NCBI GenBank assembly: GCA_963692865.2
Contig: OY843592.1
Span: 2,528,001-2,592,000, forward strand
Direction: 5' to 3'
Source of the DNA: a bacterium
Lineage (GTDB): Bacteria; UBA8248
Length of the DNA: 64,000 bases
Shown: positions 11,697-21,594 of the stretch, one piece after another
Layout of the letters: each line of letters starts with the position of its first letter
How positions within the stretch are numbered: position 1 is the first letter of the stretch
Position numbers and translations under genes: made by a program
Notes under the pieces: generated by a model
What the model was told of the DNA's origin: nothing
The model's input: only the letters and a program-made list of their open reading frames with translations
Databases searched by the model: none

Positions 11697-11978
11697 TCAA
11701 GTCCACCAGTCGAGCGCGTAGGAGCCGGCGAAGAGGAGGCCGCCGAGGCCCATGAGGCCGACGGCGGGTTTCGCGGCGCCGATGGAGAGCGCCCCCAGGC
11801 CGCCGCACAGCATCAAGGCGCCCGTGCCCCACATGACCTTCACGACGATCGCCTTGGCGTCGATGACGTTCAATGGCCGCTCGTCGCCGCTGTTCGCCTC
11901 GATGGTTTCCCCGCAAGCGGGGCAGGTTTCGTCGTCTGGGGTTTCGGCTCCGCATTCAGGGCACCGTGTCTCGGCCAT
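11697..11978 (-). CDS. Small zinc-ribbon membrane protein (hypothetical)
   Basis: CPECG...CPACG followed by two hydrophobic helices; AGGAAG RBS-like sequence upstream of ATG 11978. Confidence 0.7.
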   Translation of the reverse strand: MAETRCPECGAETPDDETCPACGETIEANSGDERPLNVIDAKAIVVKVMWGTGALMLCGGLGALSIGAAKPAVGLMGLGGLLFAGSYALDWWT

Positions 11979-12206
11979 GGCGTCTTCCTTCCTCGAAACA
12001 GGCGGGTGGATGAGAGGCATTCGTTATGCGTGCGGCATTTTCCCACAACGCCTGTGCATAGGAAACGCGCCGGAAATTTTTTCGCGTGAATATGCTTGCG
12101 CCACTGCCGCCGCACCCTCTCTCTCGCTTTCCGCTCATGCGCGCCGTGTGGGATGATGGCCGGAATTCATCCCGCGCGCCCAGGAAATGAATGAGGAGCA
12201 ACTGTC

Positions 12207-13124
12207 GTGCAATATCATATCGACCCCGAGCGCGTCGTCGTAACGGAACCCGTGCCTGGTTCGGAATACCCGGTTCACCTGATGTACGTCGAACTGCTGG
12301 ACGGCGTATATGCGCCCATAGGGCTGCGGACGCCTGCAGGCGCTGCGCCGCACCCCACCGTGCTGCTCGGGCGGGGAAACGGCGGCGGCGGAATGGCCTG
12401 GGTGCGCGAGGCGACCCGGAACATGGGCTGCATCCAGGAGCGCCTGCTGGAGGCGGGTTACGCCTGCGCCTGGCTGAGATACCGCGCGGAGGTGGAACTC
12501 GGCTACAACAACGGCGGCCGCCTCGTCGAGGACGTGCGCCAGGGCCGCCAGCTTCTGAACCGCTCGCCGCTCGAGTATGAAGACGAAATCGCGATCATCG
12601 AATACATGAAGACGCTGCCCGAGGTGGACGGGGAGCGCATCGGCCTGATGGGCGTGAGCCACGCGGGCGAGATGATACTCAAGATAACGTCCGAATACGG
12701 CGGCGCGCGCGCCTGCGTGGCCTGCGAGCCGGCCTCTCATGAATTTCTCGATCTCGCGCCGGACGATACCGCCTTCGTGAACGAGGAGACGAAGCTCCGA
12801 AACATCGAGGGCATGATGATGCGCGAGGTCGAGAAGGTGCGGGCGCGCATCAATAAGGAACTCGCGCTCGAAAGGATGAGGAGCATTCAAACGCCGATAC
12901 TCATCATGGGCAGGGATGCGGATCACCTCCAGGGCGTCTTCCGCGCCACGTTCGATTTGATGGTCGAGGCGGGCGCCGACGTCGAGTGGACCTCATACGA
13001 TCACCCGGTGCACGGCTACATCTTTCCCGAGCGGGGAGCGGACGGGGAGTACGCCGTCGACGCGGCGCAGGAGGCGGCGATCTCGAAGTGCATCGCCTAC
13101 TTGGACAAACACATGAAGAACTGA
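12207..13124 (+). CDS. Alpha/beta hydrolase (dienelactone hydrolase / S9-like fold)
   Basis: VDGERIGLMGVSHAGE nucleophile elbow, PILIMGRDAD, PVHGY; GAGGAG RBS and GTG start. Confidence 0.78.
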   Translation: MQYHIDPERVVVTEPVPGSEYPVHLMYVELLDGVYAPIGLRTPAGAAPHPTVLLGRGNGGGGMAWVREATRNMGCIQERLLEAGYACAWLRYRAEVELGYNNGGRLVEDVRQGRQLLNRSPLEYEDEIAIIEYMKTLPEVDGERIGLMGVSHAGEMILKITSEYGGARACVACEPASHEFLDLAPDDTAFVNEETKLRNIEGMMMREVEKVRARINKELALERMRSIQTPILIMGRDADHLQGVFRATFDLMVEAGADVEWTSYDHPVHGYIFPERGADGEYAVDAAQEAAISKCIAYLDKHMKN

Positions 13125-13202
13125 GCTATACTATTCTTGAAAGACGCGCCGGGAGCCCGAGGCGTTCCCGAACATCCGCCGCGAAGACGGACACCGAAAC
13201 CC

Positions 13203-14663
13203 ATGGAATCCCGGACGAGAATTTTCTCCTGCCTTGTGGATGACTTCCTGAAAACCGGTGCGCTGATAGTTCCGGCTTCGGAGAATCTCAGGCTGGTCAT
13301 TTCCCGAATGGCGGAGAAGAACGCAAACTGCGTTCTCGCGACGGATGAGGAGGGCAGGCTCACCGGCATCTTTACGGAAAAAGACGTTACGCGCCGCGTC
13401 GCCCTGCGGTGCGACGGCTCGGAGACGATAGGGCAGGTGATGACGTCCCGCGTCTGGTCCGCGAAACAGGGGGACTACCTCTATCACACCATCGCGAGGA
13501 TGCGCCGCCTCGGCCACCGCCACATGCCCGTGGTGGATGAGGCGAACCGCCCACTCGGCCTGCTGGATCTGCAGGACGCCATGGCCGTGGCGGCCGCGAA
13601 TGTGGTGGAGCACATCGACGCGCTCACGCAGGTCCCGGAACTCTACGGCCTGCAGGAGGTGAAAGCCGTGCAGGCGGTCGTGGCGCAGGAACTGCTCGAA
13701 GACAACCTCCCCGCGCCGGAGATTCAGGCGCTGCTCACGCACGTGAACAACGACATCTACCGGCAGGTGGTCGAGAAAGTGACGGGGACCATCGAAAAGG
13801 CGGGCGGGGGCGCGCCGCCCGTGCGGTACGCCGTGATCGTCATGGGCTCGGGCGGGCGGGGGGAGAACTTCATCAACCCGGATCAGGACAACGGCATCAT
13901 CCTCGAAGACTATCCCGTGGAGCGGCACAACGAAGTCAACGACTATTTCATCCGCTTCTCGGAACTGCTGACCTGGAATCTCGAAGCCATCGGCTTTCCC
14001 CTGTGCGACGGCAACGTGATGGCCACGAACCCGCTTTGGCGCAAATCAATCTCCGAGTGGAAGCGCCAGACCCTGCGCTGGTTCCAGAAGAGGAGCACGT
14101 TCCAGGTTCAGTTGAGCGACGTCTTCTTCGATTTCGACATCGCCTGCGGGGATCTCTCCCTGGGACAAGAGTTGCGGAATCACATCACGGGGTTCGTCCA
14201 GAAAGAACCCGCCGTGCTCCAGGCGATGTTCCAGACCGAGGCCGACAGGCACGTCGCTCTCGGCCTGTTCGGCATCCTGCGCGCGGAACGAGTGGGAGAG
14301 GGCCTGCCGCAGGCGATAAACCTCAAGCACGGGGGCATCCTCCCCCTTGTCGGGGCCGTGCGGCTTCTCGCCCTGAAAGAGGGCATCGAGGCGACCTCCA
14401 CCTACGAGCGCATCCGCCTGCTGCACGAAGCGGGGGTTTTCAGCGACGATGAGGCGGACGACTACACCGCCGCCATCGAGCATATGACTTATCTGCTCCT
14501 GCGCCAGCAGTTGAGGGACTTCAGGCGTATCAGGAAGGCGACGCGCTACGTGAGGAAATCGGCGATGTCGCGAAGGGAGAAACAGGTACTCAAGATGTCT
14601 TTCAAGGCGGTTCGCTCGCTCAAGGAGCGGGTGCGTTCGGAGTTCACCGGCGAGATTCTTTGA
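13203..14663 (+). CDS. CBS-pair plus putative nucleotidyltransferase (DUF294-type) signal transduction protein
   Basis: Two CBS repeats (GIFTEKD, RHMPVVD), MGSGGRGE...DQDNGII, GFPLCDGNVMATNPLW, INLKHGGILPLV. Confidence 0.88.
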   Translation: MESRTRIFSCLVDDFLKTGALIVPASENLRLVISRMAEKNANCVLATDEEGRLTGIFTEKDVTRRVALRCDGSETIGQVMTSRVWSAKQGDYLYHTIARMRRLGHRHMPVVDEANRPLGLLDLQDAMAVAAANVVEHIDALTQVPELYGLQEVKAVQAVVAQELLEDNLPAPEIQALLTHVNNDIYRQVVEKVTGTIEKAGGGAPPVRYAVIVMGSGGRGENFINPDQDNGIILEDYPVERHNEVNDYFIRFSELLTWNLEAIGFPLCDGNVMATNPLWRKSISEWKRQTLRWFQKRSTFQVQLSDVFFDFDIACGDLSLGQELRNHITGFVQKEPAVLQAMFQTEADRHVALGLFGILRAERVGEGLPQAINLKHGGILPLVGAVRLLALKEGIEATSTYERIRLLHEAGVFSDDEADDYTAAIEHMTYLLLRQQLRDFRRIRKATRYVRKSAMSRREKQVLKMSFKAVRSLKERVRSEFTGEIL

Positions 14664-14690
14664 GAAACCCTTCCTTGAGAATCACGATAC

Positions 14691-14941
14691 GGAGTTGCTG
14701 AAAAACTCCCTCAAGGGGAGATGACGGCGCGCATTCGGGGCTGTTGAAAAAACCCGGGACAGCGACCGTGGGGACAGGCCTCTGTGCCTGTCCGATAGCC
14801 TGACAAAGGACAACCACGGAGGGTTGTCCCTACGGGGCCGTTGCCCCCCTGACAAGGGATGGTTGCGGGTTTCGTCCTCGCTCCGCTAACGGGTTCCCCG
14901 AGAGAAGAAATCCGGCCCCCAACGGCTTTTTCAACAGTCTC
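14691..14941. repeat. REP/MITE-like cluster 5
   Basis: GGGGCTGTTGAAAAAA (14737)...TTTTTCAACAGTCTC (14926-14941, overlapping the YciI stop codon), enclosing REP pair GGGACAGGCCTCTGTGCCTGTCC / GGACAACCACGGAGGGTTGTCCCTAC. Confidence 0.8.
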
Positions 14942-15554
14942 ATACGGGCGCCTTGAACCGGTCGAACACCCGCCCGAAGCGCCAGGCGTAGAACTCCACG
15001 CTCTCGTACAGGCCCGCGCGGTTATAGGGCTCCTCAGCCCAGAACGCCCGCGCCGACTCGATGTCGGGAAAATCGAGCAAGAGCACGCTGCCGTTCCTGG
15101 TCTCGCCGTCATCGGTGCCCAGGGGGCCGCGCGCCATCACCGAGTCGCCGTGCTCGGTCAGGTAGGCGACGTGCTCTTCATGCAGGGTCTTTCGGACCGC
15201 GCCGCCGTCCGCCTTGTCCAGGGCGTGGACGTAGAACTGGAGGTTTCCCTCTTTTCGCGGACAGTCGCGCCAGGAGTAGGGCACGGTGGCGCGCCAGCGC
15301 CGAATCGAGGGCCGCTCCTGAATCCCCTCGATGATGAACGGCTCGTTCGCCACGTGCGCCTCCGCCGCGGCGCGGTCGGCCAAGTCGAGAATACGGAAAC
15401 TGCCCAGTTCGCGCTCGCCGTCGTCGGTCAGGAACGGGCCCGCGAAGCGGGTGACGCCGTCGAAGCTCTTGAGATAATCGAGATGCGCCTTGCGGTGCAC
15501 GTCCCTCAGGGAGGCCGCCTCGGGCCTGTCGTAAATCTTGATGACGAATTCCAC
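14940..15554 (-). CDS. Tandem YciI-domain protein
   Basis: Two repeats of D...R...H..YL...GP..DDG...GS......A......EP(F/Y)...G. GTG start 15554 with AAGGA RBS. Confidence 0.85.
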   Translation of the reverse strand: MEFVIKIYDRPEAASLRDVHRKAHLDYLKSFDGVTRFAGPFLTDDGERELGSFRILDLADRAAAEAHVANEPFIIEGIQERPSIRRWRATVPYSWRDCPRKEGNLQFYVHALDKADGGAVRKTLHEEHVAYLTEHGDSVMARGPLGTDDGETRNGSVLLLDFPDIESARAFWAEEPYNRAGLYESVEFYAWRFGRVFDRFKAPV

Positions 15555-15676
15555 GAATGATTTCCTTCTGATGAGAAGTGAAAAGAGTCTGTCGTGAAGT
15601 ATCAGGTATCTGTGATGACGCCCGGATTCTATGTGCGGATGCGCCAGGCCGCAACGGACGCAGCGGGGCGCATTGC

Positions 15677-16001
15677 GGAGTTGTTGAGAAGTCCCGAAAA
15701 GGAGGGTTGGGGGGGTCTGTAGGGGTCGCATACGGGATTTTTGAAAAATCCTAAAGGGAGAGCGCGCTGAATTTCACTCCCCCCTTGAGGGGGTCGGGCT
15801 TCCCGAGGGGAAAGCCCGACAGAGGCCGAGCGGTTTGTGCGAAGGCCGATGTGGTGGGGGGACATGCCACGGAAAAAGCTCCCCCCACCGGCGCGACTTC
15901 GGACTACGTCCTCGTCTTGCCGACTCCCCCTCAAGGGGGGAGTGAACTTCAAAAGCGTGCGCGCAACCCAAAATCGCTTCCTGGACTTTCCCAACAACCC
16001 C
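15677..16001. repeat. REP/MITE-like cluster 6
   Basis: GAGTTGTTGAGAAGTCC (15678)...GGACTTTCCCAACAACCCC (15983-16001), enclosing the ~170-bp CACTCCCCCCTTGAGGGGG...CCCCCTCAAGGGGGGAGTG element at 15775-15944. Confidence 0.8.
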
Positions 16002-16048
16002 TTACGAAGAAGACGGAATGGCGCTCGCCCCCTTCGGGCCGGGCGTCC

Positions 16049-17239
16049 TCACCCGTCGCAGCGGAACGCCTTCATGGGGAAGGTGTGCAGGGAGCGGAAC
16101 CCCTCCCGGGTGACGACCCCCATGTCGCCCATCTGCACGCCCCGGCCTTCGGAATCCATCGGGTTCGGCTGAATCACCATCACCATGTTTTCGCGGTACT
16201 TGAAGTCGGCCGGCGGAGCGAGGTAGTTCGATCCCCGGATGCCGATGGAGGGCTGGAGCAGGTCCGTGCCGAAGCCGTGAGCGAGCGAATCGTATATCTG
16301 GAAACCCTTCTTGGGCAGCGGGTCCGTGGCCTCGAAAACGGCCTGGGCGGAGTTGCCCGCCTTCATCGTTTTGCCCACGCCCTCGTACACCTCGACGGCG
16401 GCGTCGAGCAGCGCCTGGTACGGAGGCGTCGGGTCCGCCCCGATGGTGAAGGTGCGCAGGCTCTGGCCAGCGTAGCCGTAATACGCCGCGCTGATCTCCA
16501 TGATGAGGGCGTCGCCCGCTTCGAGTTTTCTCCTCGTGGGGTTCTGCCAGGGTACGGGCGTGCGGGGATTCGCCATCGGCGTGGCCGTCACGAACTGCAC
16601 CATCTGTTCGCCGCCCTGCTCACGGAACGCGGCGGCCATCCGGCCCGACAACTCGATTTCCGGGATGCCCGGCTTCGCGTGGATTCGGGCCGCTTCCATG
16701 GCGAGGTCCGTGAGCCGCGCCGCCTCGGTCAGCCACTCGATTTCCTCATCGCTCTTTATCAGCCTCAAGTCCCTGAATCTGGCGCTCACGTCCACCCACT
16801 CCGCTTCGGGGAAGCGTTCCGCCAGATAGTCCATGTGCTCGAAGGGCAGCAGAATCTTGAAGCGGGGGTTGATGCCCACCAGGCCGACCCGCGCGTTCCC
16901 CAGCCCCAGGGCGTCGAGCTGATCCGCCATGCGTTCGGGGTTGCCGTACGCACCGTGGCGCACGTCCTCGAAGATGCACTGCATCTGCGCGTTGTGCAGG
17001 TGGTTGTACAAACCCGTGAAGAGGGAAGGGGGGCCTTCTTTCGGGAAAATCAGATAGCAGTGGTTGAAATCCCGGTAGCAAGAAAGCCAGTAGATGTTCG
17101 CCTGGGCGTTGCGGTTCGTGCCGCCCATGCCGAAGAACAACAGGGCGTCGAGGCCTTCTTCTTCCATCAGGTCCTTCGCCGCCGCATGCCGCCTGTTCAT
17201 TTCTGCTTCCGAGAAGCGCGGATACCATTCTTCTGCCAT
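16049..17239 (-). CDS. M24 family (Xaa-Pro peptidase / creatinase-like) hydrolase
   Basis: Creatinase-N-like FSEAEMNRRH, RLIKSDEEIE, RKLEAGD, AHGFG; metal ligands partly non-canonical. Confidence 0.85.
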   Translation of the reverse strand: MAEEWYPRFSEAEMNRRHAAAKDLMEEEGLDALLFFGMGGTNRNAQANIYWLSCYRDFNHCYLIFPKEGPPSLFTGLYNHLHNAQMQCIFEDVRHGAYGNPERMADQLDALGLGNARVGLVGINPRFKILLPFEHMDYLAERFPEAEWVDVSARFRDLRLIKSDEEIEWLTEAARLTDLAMEAARIHAKPGIPEIELSGRMAAAFREQGGEQMVQFVTATPMANPRTPVPWQNPTRRKLEAGDALIMEISAAYYGYAGQSLRTFTIGADPTPPYQALLDAAVEVYEGVGKTMKAGNSAQAVFEATDPLPKKGFQIYDSLAHGFGTDLLQPSIGIRGSNYLAPPADFKYRENMVMVIQPNPMDSEGRGVQMGDMGVVTREGFRSLHTFPMKAFRCDG

Positions 17240-17357
17240 TTCGCCTCCTTGCGCGATAATCCCTCGTGGGAGAGAATAATCTTGTCAACGGAAATTTTCA
17301 GTCTGCGCGGCGCATTATAGCGGGCGCATCAAGAATATACGACCGGGGAGGAAGCGT

Positions 17358-18452
17358 ATGAGCATCATCGGCCATGGCGTGATTTCAAGAAAAGCGGGCG
17401 AAAGCACGGAAGTGGAGGAAATCGAACTCGGCTCCCCGGGCCCGGGCGAGGTGCTGGTGAAAATCCAGGCCAGCGGCGTCTGCCACACCGACCTGCATTA
17501 CAAGCTCGGAAAAATCGGGGACGAATTTCCCTACCTGCTCGGTCACGAGGGCTCCGGTATCGTTCAGGAGGTGGGGGAGGGCGTGTCCGACCTCGCCGTG
17601 GGCGACTACGTCGTTCTGGCCTGGCGCGCCCCCTGCGGCCTGTGCCGGTTCTGCGCCATCGGCCAGCCGAACCTTTGCGCCGCCAGCCTGAACGCTGAAT
17701 CCAAGATGCGGGCGAAAAGAGACGGGCAGGTGTTGAGCCCTTCCATCGGCATCGGCACGTTCTGCACGCACACCGTCGTCGCCGCGAAACAGGCCGTGAA
17801 GGTGCCTGCCGTCTGCACGCCGGAGCAGGCCTGCCTCATCGGCTGCGGCGTCATGACGGGCGTGGGCGCATGCCTCTACACGGCGCAGGTGCGGCGCGGG
17901 AGCAGCGTGGCCGTGTATGGATGCGGGGGGGTGGGCTGCAGCGTCATCATGGGCGCCAAAATGTCGCGCGCGTCCAAGATCATCGGCGTCGACATCGCCG
18001 AGAACAAGCTGGACTGGGCCAGGGAATTCGGCGCCACCGACGTCGTGAACGCGTCCGAAACCGACCCGGTGGAAGCCATCAAGGAGCTGACCGGCGGGAA
18101 CGGCGTCGATTACTCCTTCGAGGCCGTGGGCACGCCGCAGACGCTCCTGCAAGCCCTCTGGTCGCGCGATCTGGCGGGAACCTGCACGCTCATCGGCGTT
18201 CCCGCCCCCGACATGATGATGGAGCTGCCCATGCTCCAGTTCTTCGGCCTGGGCGGCGCGATGCGCGTGTCCTGGTACGGGGACTGCCTGCCTTCGAGGG
18301 ACTTCCCGCTGCTCGCCGACTGGTACGAAAAGGGAGAACTCGACCTCGACCGCATGGTCACGAAGGTGATCGGTCTCGAAGACGTGGAGCCCGCGTTCGA
18401 GGCCATGGAGCGCGGCGAAACCCTGCGTTCCGTCATCCGGAACCCGGATTAG
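17358..18452 (+). CDS. Zn-dependent medium-chain dehydrogenase, S-(hydroxymethyl)mycothiol dehydrogenase (MscR)-like
   Basis: GVCHTD, LLGHEG, structural Zn CGLCRFC...C, GCGGVG, and the MscR-type C-terminal SWYGDCLPSRDFP...GETLRSVI. Confidence 0.85.
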   Translation: MSIIGHGVISRKAGESTEVEEIELGSPGPGEVLVKIQASGVCHTDLHYKLGKIGDEFPYLLGHEGSGIVQEVGEGVSDLAVGDYVVLAWRAPCGLCRFCAIGQPNLCAASLNAESKMRAKRDGQVLSPSIGIGTFCTHTVVAAKQAVKVPAVCTPEQACLIGCGVMTGVGACLYTAQVRRGSSVAVYGCGGVGCSVIMGAKMSRASKIIGVDIAENKLDWAREFGATDVVNASETDPVEAIKELTGGNGVDYSFEAVGTPQTLLQALWSRDLAGTCTLIGVPAPDMMMELPMLQFFGLGGAMRVSWYGDCLPSRDFPLLADWYEKGELDLDRMVTKVIGLEDVEPAFEAMERGETLRSVIRNPD

Positions 18453-18523
18453 ATTATATAAACTAAAACATGAGGAAGGCCTTGTATCTTATTGTTTACA
18501 AACCCTAACCAGGGACGTGTGAT

Positions 18524-21412
18524 CTAATCATCCAGGGCGTCGGCGAGCGCTTCGGCGATGTGAACGGCCTTCCTGCCGACGCCGGTTGCGATTTGCTGGC
18601 GGCAGGAGACGCCGTTGGCGATGATCGCCGCGTCCTCATCGCCCTCCCTGAGAGCCGGGAAGAGTTTCGTCTCGCCGATGGCGAGCGAGATGTCGAAGTG
18701 CTCTTTCTCGTAACCGAACGAACCGGCCATCCCGCAGCAGCCCGAGGGAATCTGGGTCACTTCCAGATCGGGAACCATGCCCAGTATTCCGAGGGAAGGG
18801 CCTGTACCCACCAGCGCTTTCTGGTGGCAATGGCCGTGAAAGAGGGCATTTTGCCGTTTCGGGGTTTTGAATTTCAGGTCGAGTTCGCCCTTGTCCCGCA
18901 GGCTCTGGAGAAATTCCTCGAGCATCCAGGAATTCTCCGCCAGACGCCCGGGCGCATCGCCCGCCACGAGGTCGGGGTATTCATCCCGGAAGGTGAGCAG
19001 GCAACTCGGCTCCACGCCGATGATCGGAAGGCCCGCCTCGATGGCGGGGGTCAGCCTCGCGATGTTCTCCTGCGCCAGCTTCTGGCCCTCGCGCAAGAGG
19101 CCGTGCGATATCATGGGCCGCCCGCAGCAGCCCGTCTCCGCCAGTCCGACCTCGAAGCCGGCCGCCTCCAGCACCTTGACCGCGGCCTTGCCGATTTCGG
19201 GGTAGTTGAAGTTCGTGAACGTGTCGTTCAGGAACAAGACTTTTCCCCGCGCGCCGACCCCGTTTCGCGCGGAAGGCCGGTTCTTGAACCACTCCTCGAA
19301 GGTGGGCGTCACAAGGGGCGGGAGCCTTCTTCGCTTGTCTACGCCCAGGAACCTGTCCAGCAGGGAGCGCACGAAGCCGTTCCCGAGCGTCCAGTTCACG
19401 ATGGGCGCCACCGGGACGCTCAGGCGGTTGATCTGCGCGATGCGCCCCATCATCCGCACGCGCAGGGGCACGCCGTTCTTGTCGTAGTAGGCCTGCAGCA
19501 CCTCCGCCTTGATCTTCGCCATGTCCACGCTCGAGGGGCACTCCGCCTTGCAGCCCTTGCACGAGATGCAAAGGTCCAGCACCTCATAGAGCCGCTCGCT
19601 GCCCAGGTCCTCTCCGGGGATTCCGTTCGCAATGACTTCCCGGAGCGCGTTCGCCCGCCCGCGCGTGGAGTGCTCCTCCTCCATCGTCGCCTGGTAGGAG
19701 GGGCACATCGTGCCGTCGCGCTTGCGGCACGCGCCCACCCCGTTGCATAGCTCGATCGCGCGCGCGAAGCCGCCGTCGCCCGAAAAATCCATGATGGTCG
19801 GTATCTCGGGCGTCTTGTAGGAGCCGTCGAAACGCAGATTCCGGGTGAAGGGGAGGGCGTTCACGATTTTTCCGGGGTTCATCCGGTTTTCGGGGTCGAA
19901 GAGCCGCTTCACCTCGACGAAAGCTCCATAGAGCCTCTCGCCGAAGAATTTCGGGACCCACTGGCTTCTCGCCAGGCCGTCGCCGTGCTCTCCGCTCATG
20001 GCGCCGCCGTATTCGAGCACGAGGTCCGAGACCTCCTCTGCGATGGCGGCCATTTTCTCGATCTCCTCATGCTCTTTGAGGTTGATGAGCGGGCGCAGAT
20101 GCAGCAGGCCCACGCTCGTGTGGCCGTAGTAGGAGGTGGCCGTATCGTACTTCTTCATGATCGCTTCGAAATGCCGGTAATAATCCAATAAATGTTCGGG
20201 GGCCACCGCGCAATCCTCCACGAAGGCGCAGGGCTTCCAGTCGCCCCGGCGTCCGAGGAGAAAGCCCAGCCCCGCCTTGCGCATGTTCAGGCAGTCCTGC
20301 TTGTGGGCGGGGTCGTCCAGCGGAACGCGCGCGTAGCCGATGTTCTTCGCTTCGAGTTCATCGTGGAGGCGCCTGACCTTCTCCCTGGCCTCGTCGTCGT
20401 TTTCGGCGAAAAACTCAATCGTCAGGAAAGAGTCCGGATCACCCACCACGAAACTGTCCATGAGGCGCTGGGCTTCGAGGTTTTGCTTGGCGAGATCGAT
20501 GATGACCCGGTCGATAATCTCTATCGCCGCCACGTCGTGGGCCAGAATCGTCGTGCTTGCGGCGAGAGCCTCCTCGATACTGTGGAAATGCGCCACCAGG
20601 ACGCCTAACGCCCTGGGCTTGGGGCACACGCGCACCTTGGCCTCCGTCACCACGGCCAGCGTGCCTTCCGCGCCCACCATGAGCTTGGCGAGGTTGAAGG
20701 GCTGCGTCTCATCGGCGAGTTCATCGAGGTTGTATCCGCTCACGCGGCGCATGATCTTGGGATAGCGGTCCTCAATCTCCACGCGCTGCTCGTCCACGAT
20801 GCCCTTGAGCGCCTTGTGGAGCCTGCCCGCGCGCGAATCTTCCCGCATGAGATTTTCCAAAGATTCCGCGTCATGCGGCCCGAAGGAGAAGGGCTCTCCG
20901 TCTGCGAAATAGCCGGAAACTTCGATGACGTGATCCACCGTCTTCCCGTAGACGATGGAGCGCGAACCCGAAGAGTTGTTCCCCAGCATACCGCCGATGG
21001 TGGCGCGGCTGCTCGTGGAGGTATTGGGGCCGAAGACGAATCCGTGCGGGCTCAAGAAATCGTTGAAATGATCCTGCACCAGTCCCGGCTGGACGCGCGC
21101 CCATTCCTCGTCGGCGTTCAGTTCGATCACCCGGTTCATGTATTTGGAAAAATCGAGCACCAGCGCTTCGCCCACGGTCTGGCCGGCGAGGCTGGTGCCG
21201 CCGCCCCGGGGCAGGATGGCGGCGTTGTGCCTTTGGGCGATCTGAAGCGTTTTTCGCACGTCGGCGTCCGTTTTCGGCAGTATGACGCCCACGGGTTCTA
21301 TCTCGTACATGCTCGCGTCGGTGCTGTATATTTTTCGGGTAAAGACGTCGAAACGCACTTCGCCTTCAATCGCTTCGTGCAACTCTTCTTCAAGCGATAC
21401 GGTAACTTCCAT
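18524..21412 (-). CDS. FAD-binding / 4Fe-4S / CCG-domain oxidoreductase (YdiJ/GlcD-GlcF fusion type, 2-hydroxyacid dehydrogenase-like)
   Basis: YSTDAS, PRGGGTSLAGQ, GEHGDGLARS, CNGVGAC...MCPSY, CISCKGCKAECP, HGHCHQ, GCCGMAGSFG. Confidence 0.92.
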   Translation of the reverse strand: MEVTVSLEEELHEAIEGEVRFDVFTRKIYSTDASMYEIEPVGVILPKTDADVRKTLQIAQRHNAAILPRGGGTSLAGQTVGEALVLDFSKYMNRVIELNADEEWARVQPGLVQDHFNDFLSPHGFVFGPNTSTSSRATIGGMLGNNSSGSRSIVYGKTVDHVIEVSGYFADGEPFSFGPHDAESLENLMREDSRAGRLHKALKGIVDEQRVEIEDRYPKIMRRVSGYNLDELADETQPFNLAKLMVGAEGTLAVVTEAKVRVCPKPRALGVLVAHFHSIEEALAASTTILAHDVAAIEIIDRVIIDLAKQNLEAQRLMDSFVVGDPDSFLTIEFFAENDDEAREKVRRLHDELEAKNIGYARVPLDDPAHKQDCLNMRKAGLGFLLGRRGDWKPCAFVEDCAVAPEHLLDYYRHFEAIMKKYDTATSYYGHTSVGLLHLRPLINLKEHEEIEKMAAIAEEVSDLVLEYGGAMSGEHGDGLARSQWVPKFFGERLYGAFVEVKRLFDPENRMNPGKIVNALPFTRNLRFDGSYKTPEIPTIMDFSGDGGFARAIELCNGVGACRKRDGTMCPSYQATMEEEHSTRGRANALREVIANGIPGEDLGSERLYEVLDLCISCKGCKAECPSSVDMAKIKAEVLQAYYDKNGVPLRVRMMGRIAQINRLSVPVAPIVNWTLGNGFVRSLLDRFLGVDKRRRLPPLVTPTFEEWFKNRPSARNGVGARGKVLFLNDTFTNFNYPEIGKAAVKVLEAAGFEVGLAETGCCGRPMISHGLLREGQKLAQENIARLTPAIEAGLPIIGVEPSCLLTFRDEYPDLVAGDAPGRLAENSWMLEEFLQSLRDKGELDLKFKTPKRQNALFHGHCHQKALVGTGPSLGILGMVPDLEVTQIPSGCCGMAGSFGYEKEHFDISLAIGETKLFPALREGDEDAAIIANGVSCRQQIATGVGRKAVHIAEALADALDD

Positions 21413-21594
21413 ACGTTACCTCATTGTTTCTAAAAGATAATAAACAGTATGTTTAATAAATTACTTTAAGTCTGGTTAGCGGGTTCATCATATGCCAGAC
21501 CCGTTATGGAGACAAGAGAAGTATCGCCCCTTTCCGTTCTCTTCGCCACACGGGTTTGCCAAAGGGTGGGGCTGCGCGTAAAGTTTCGGGCCTG

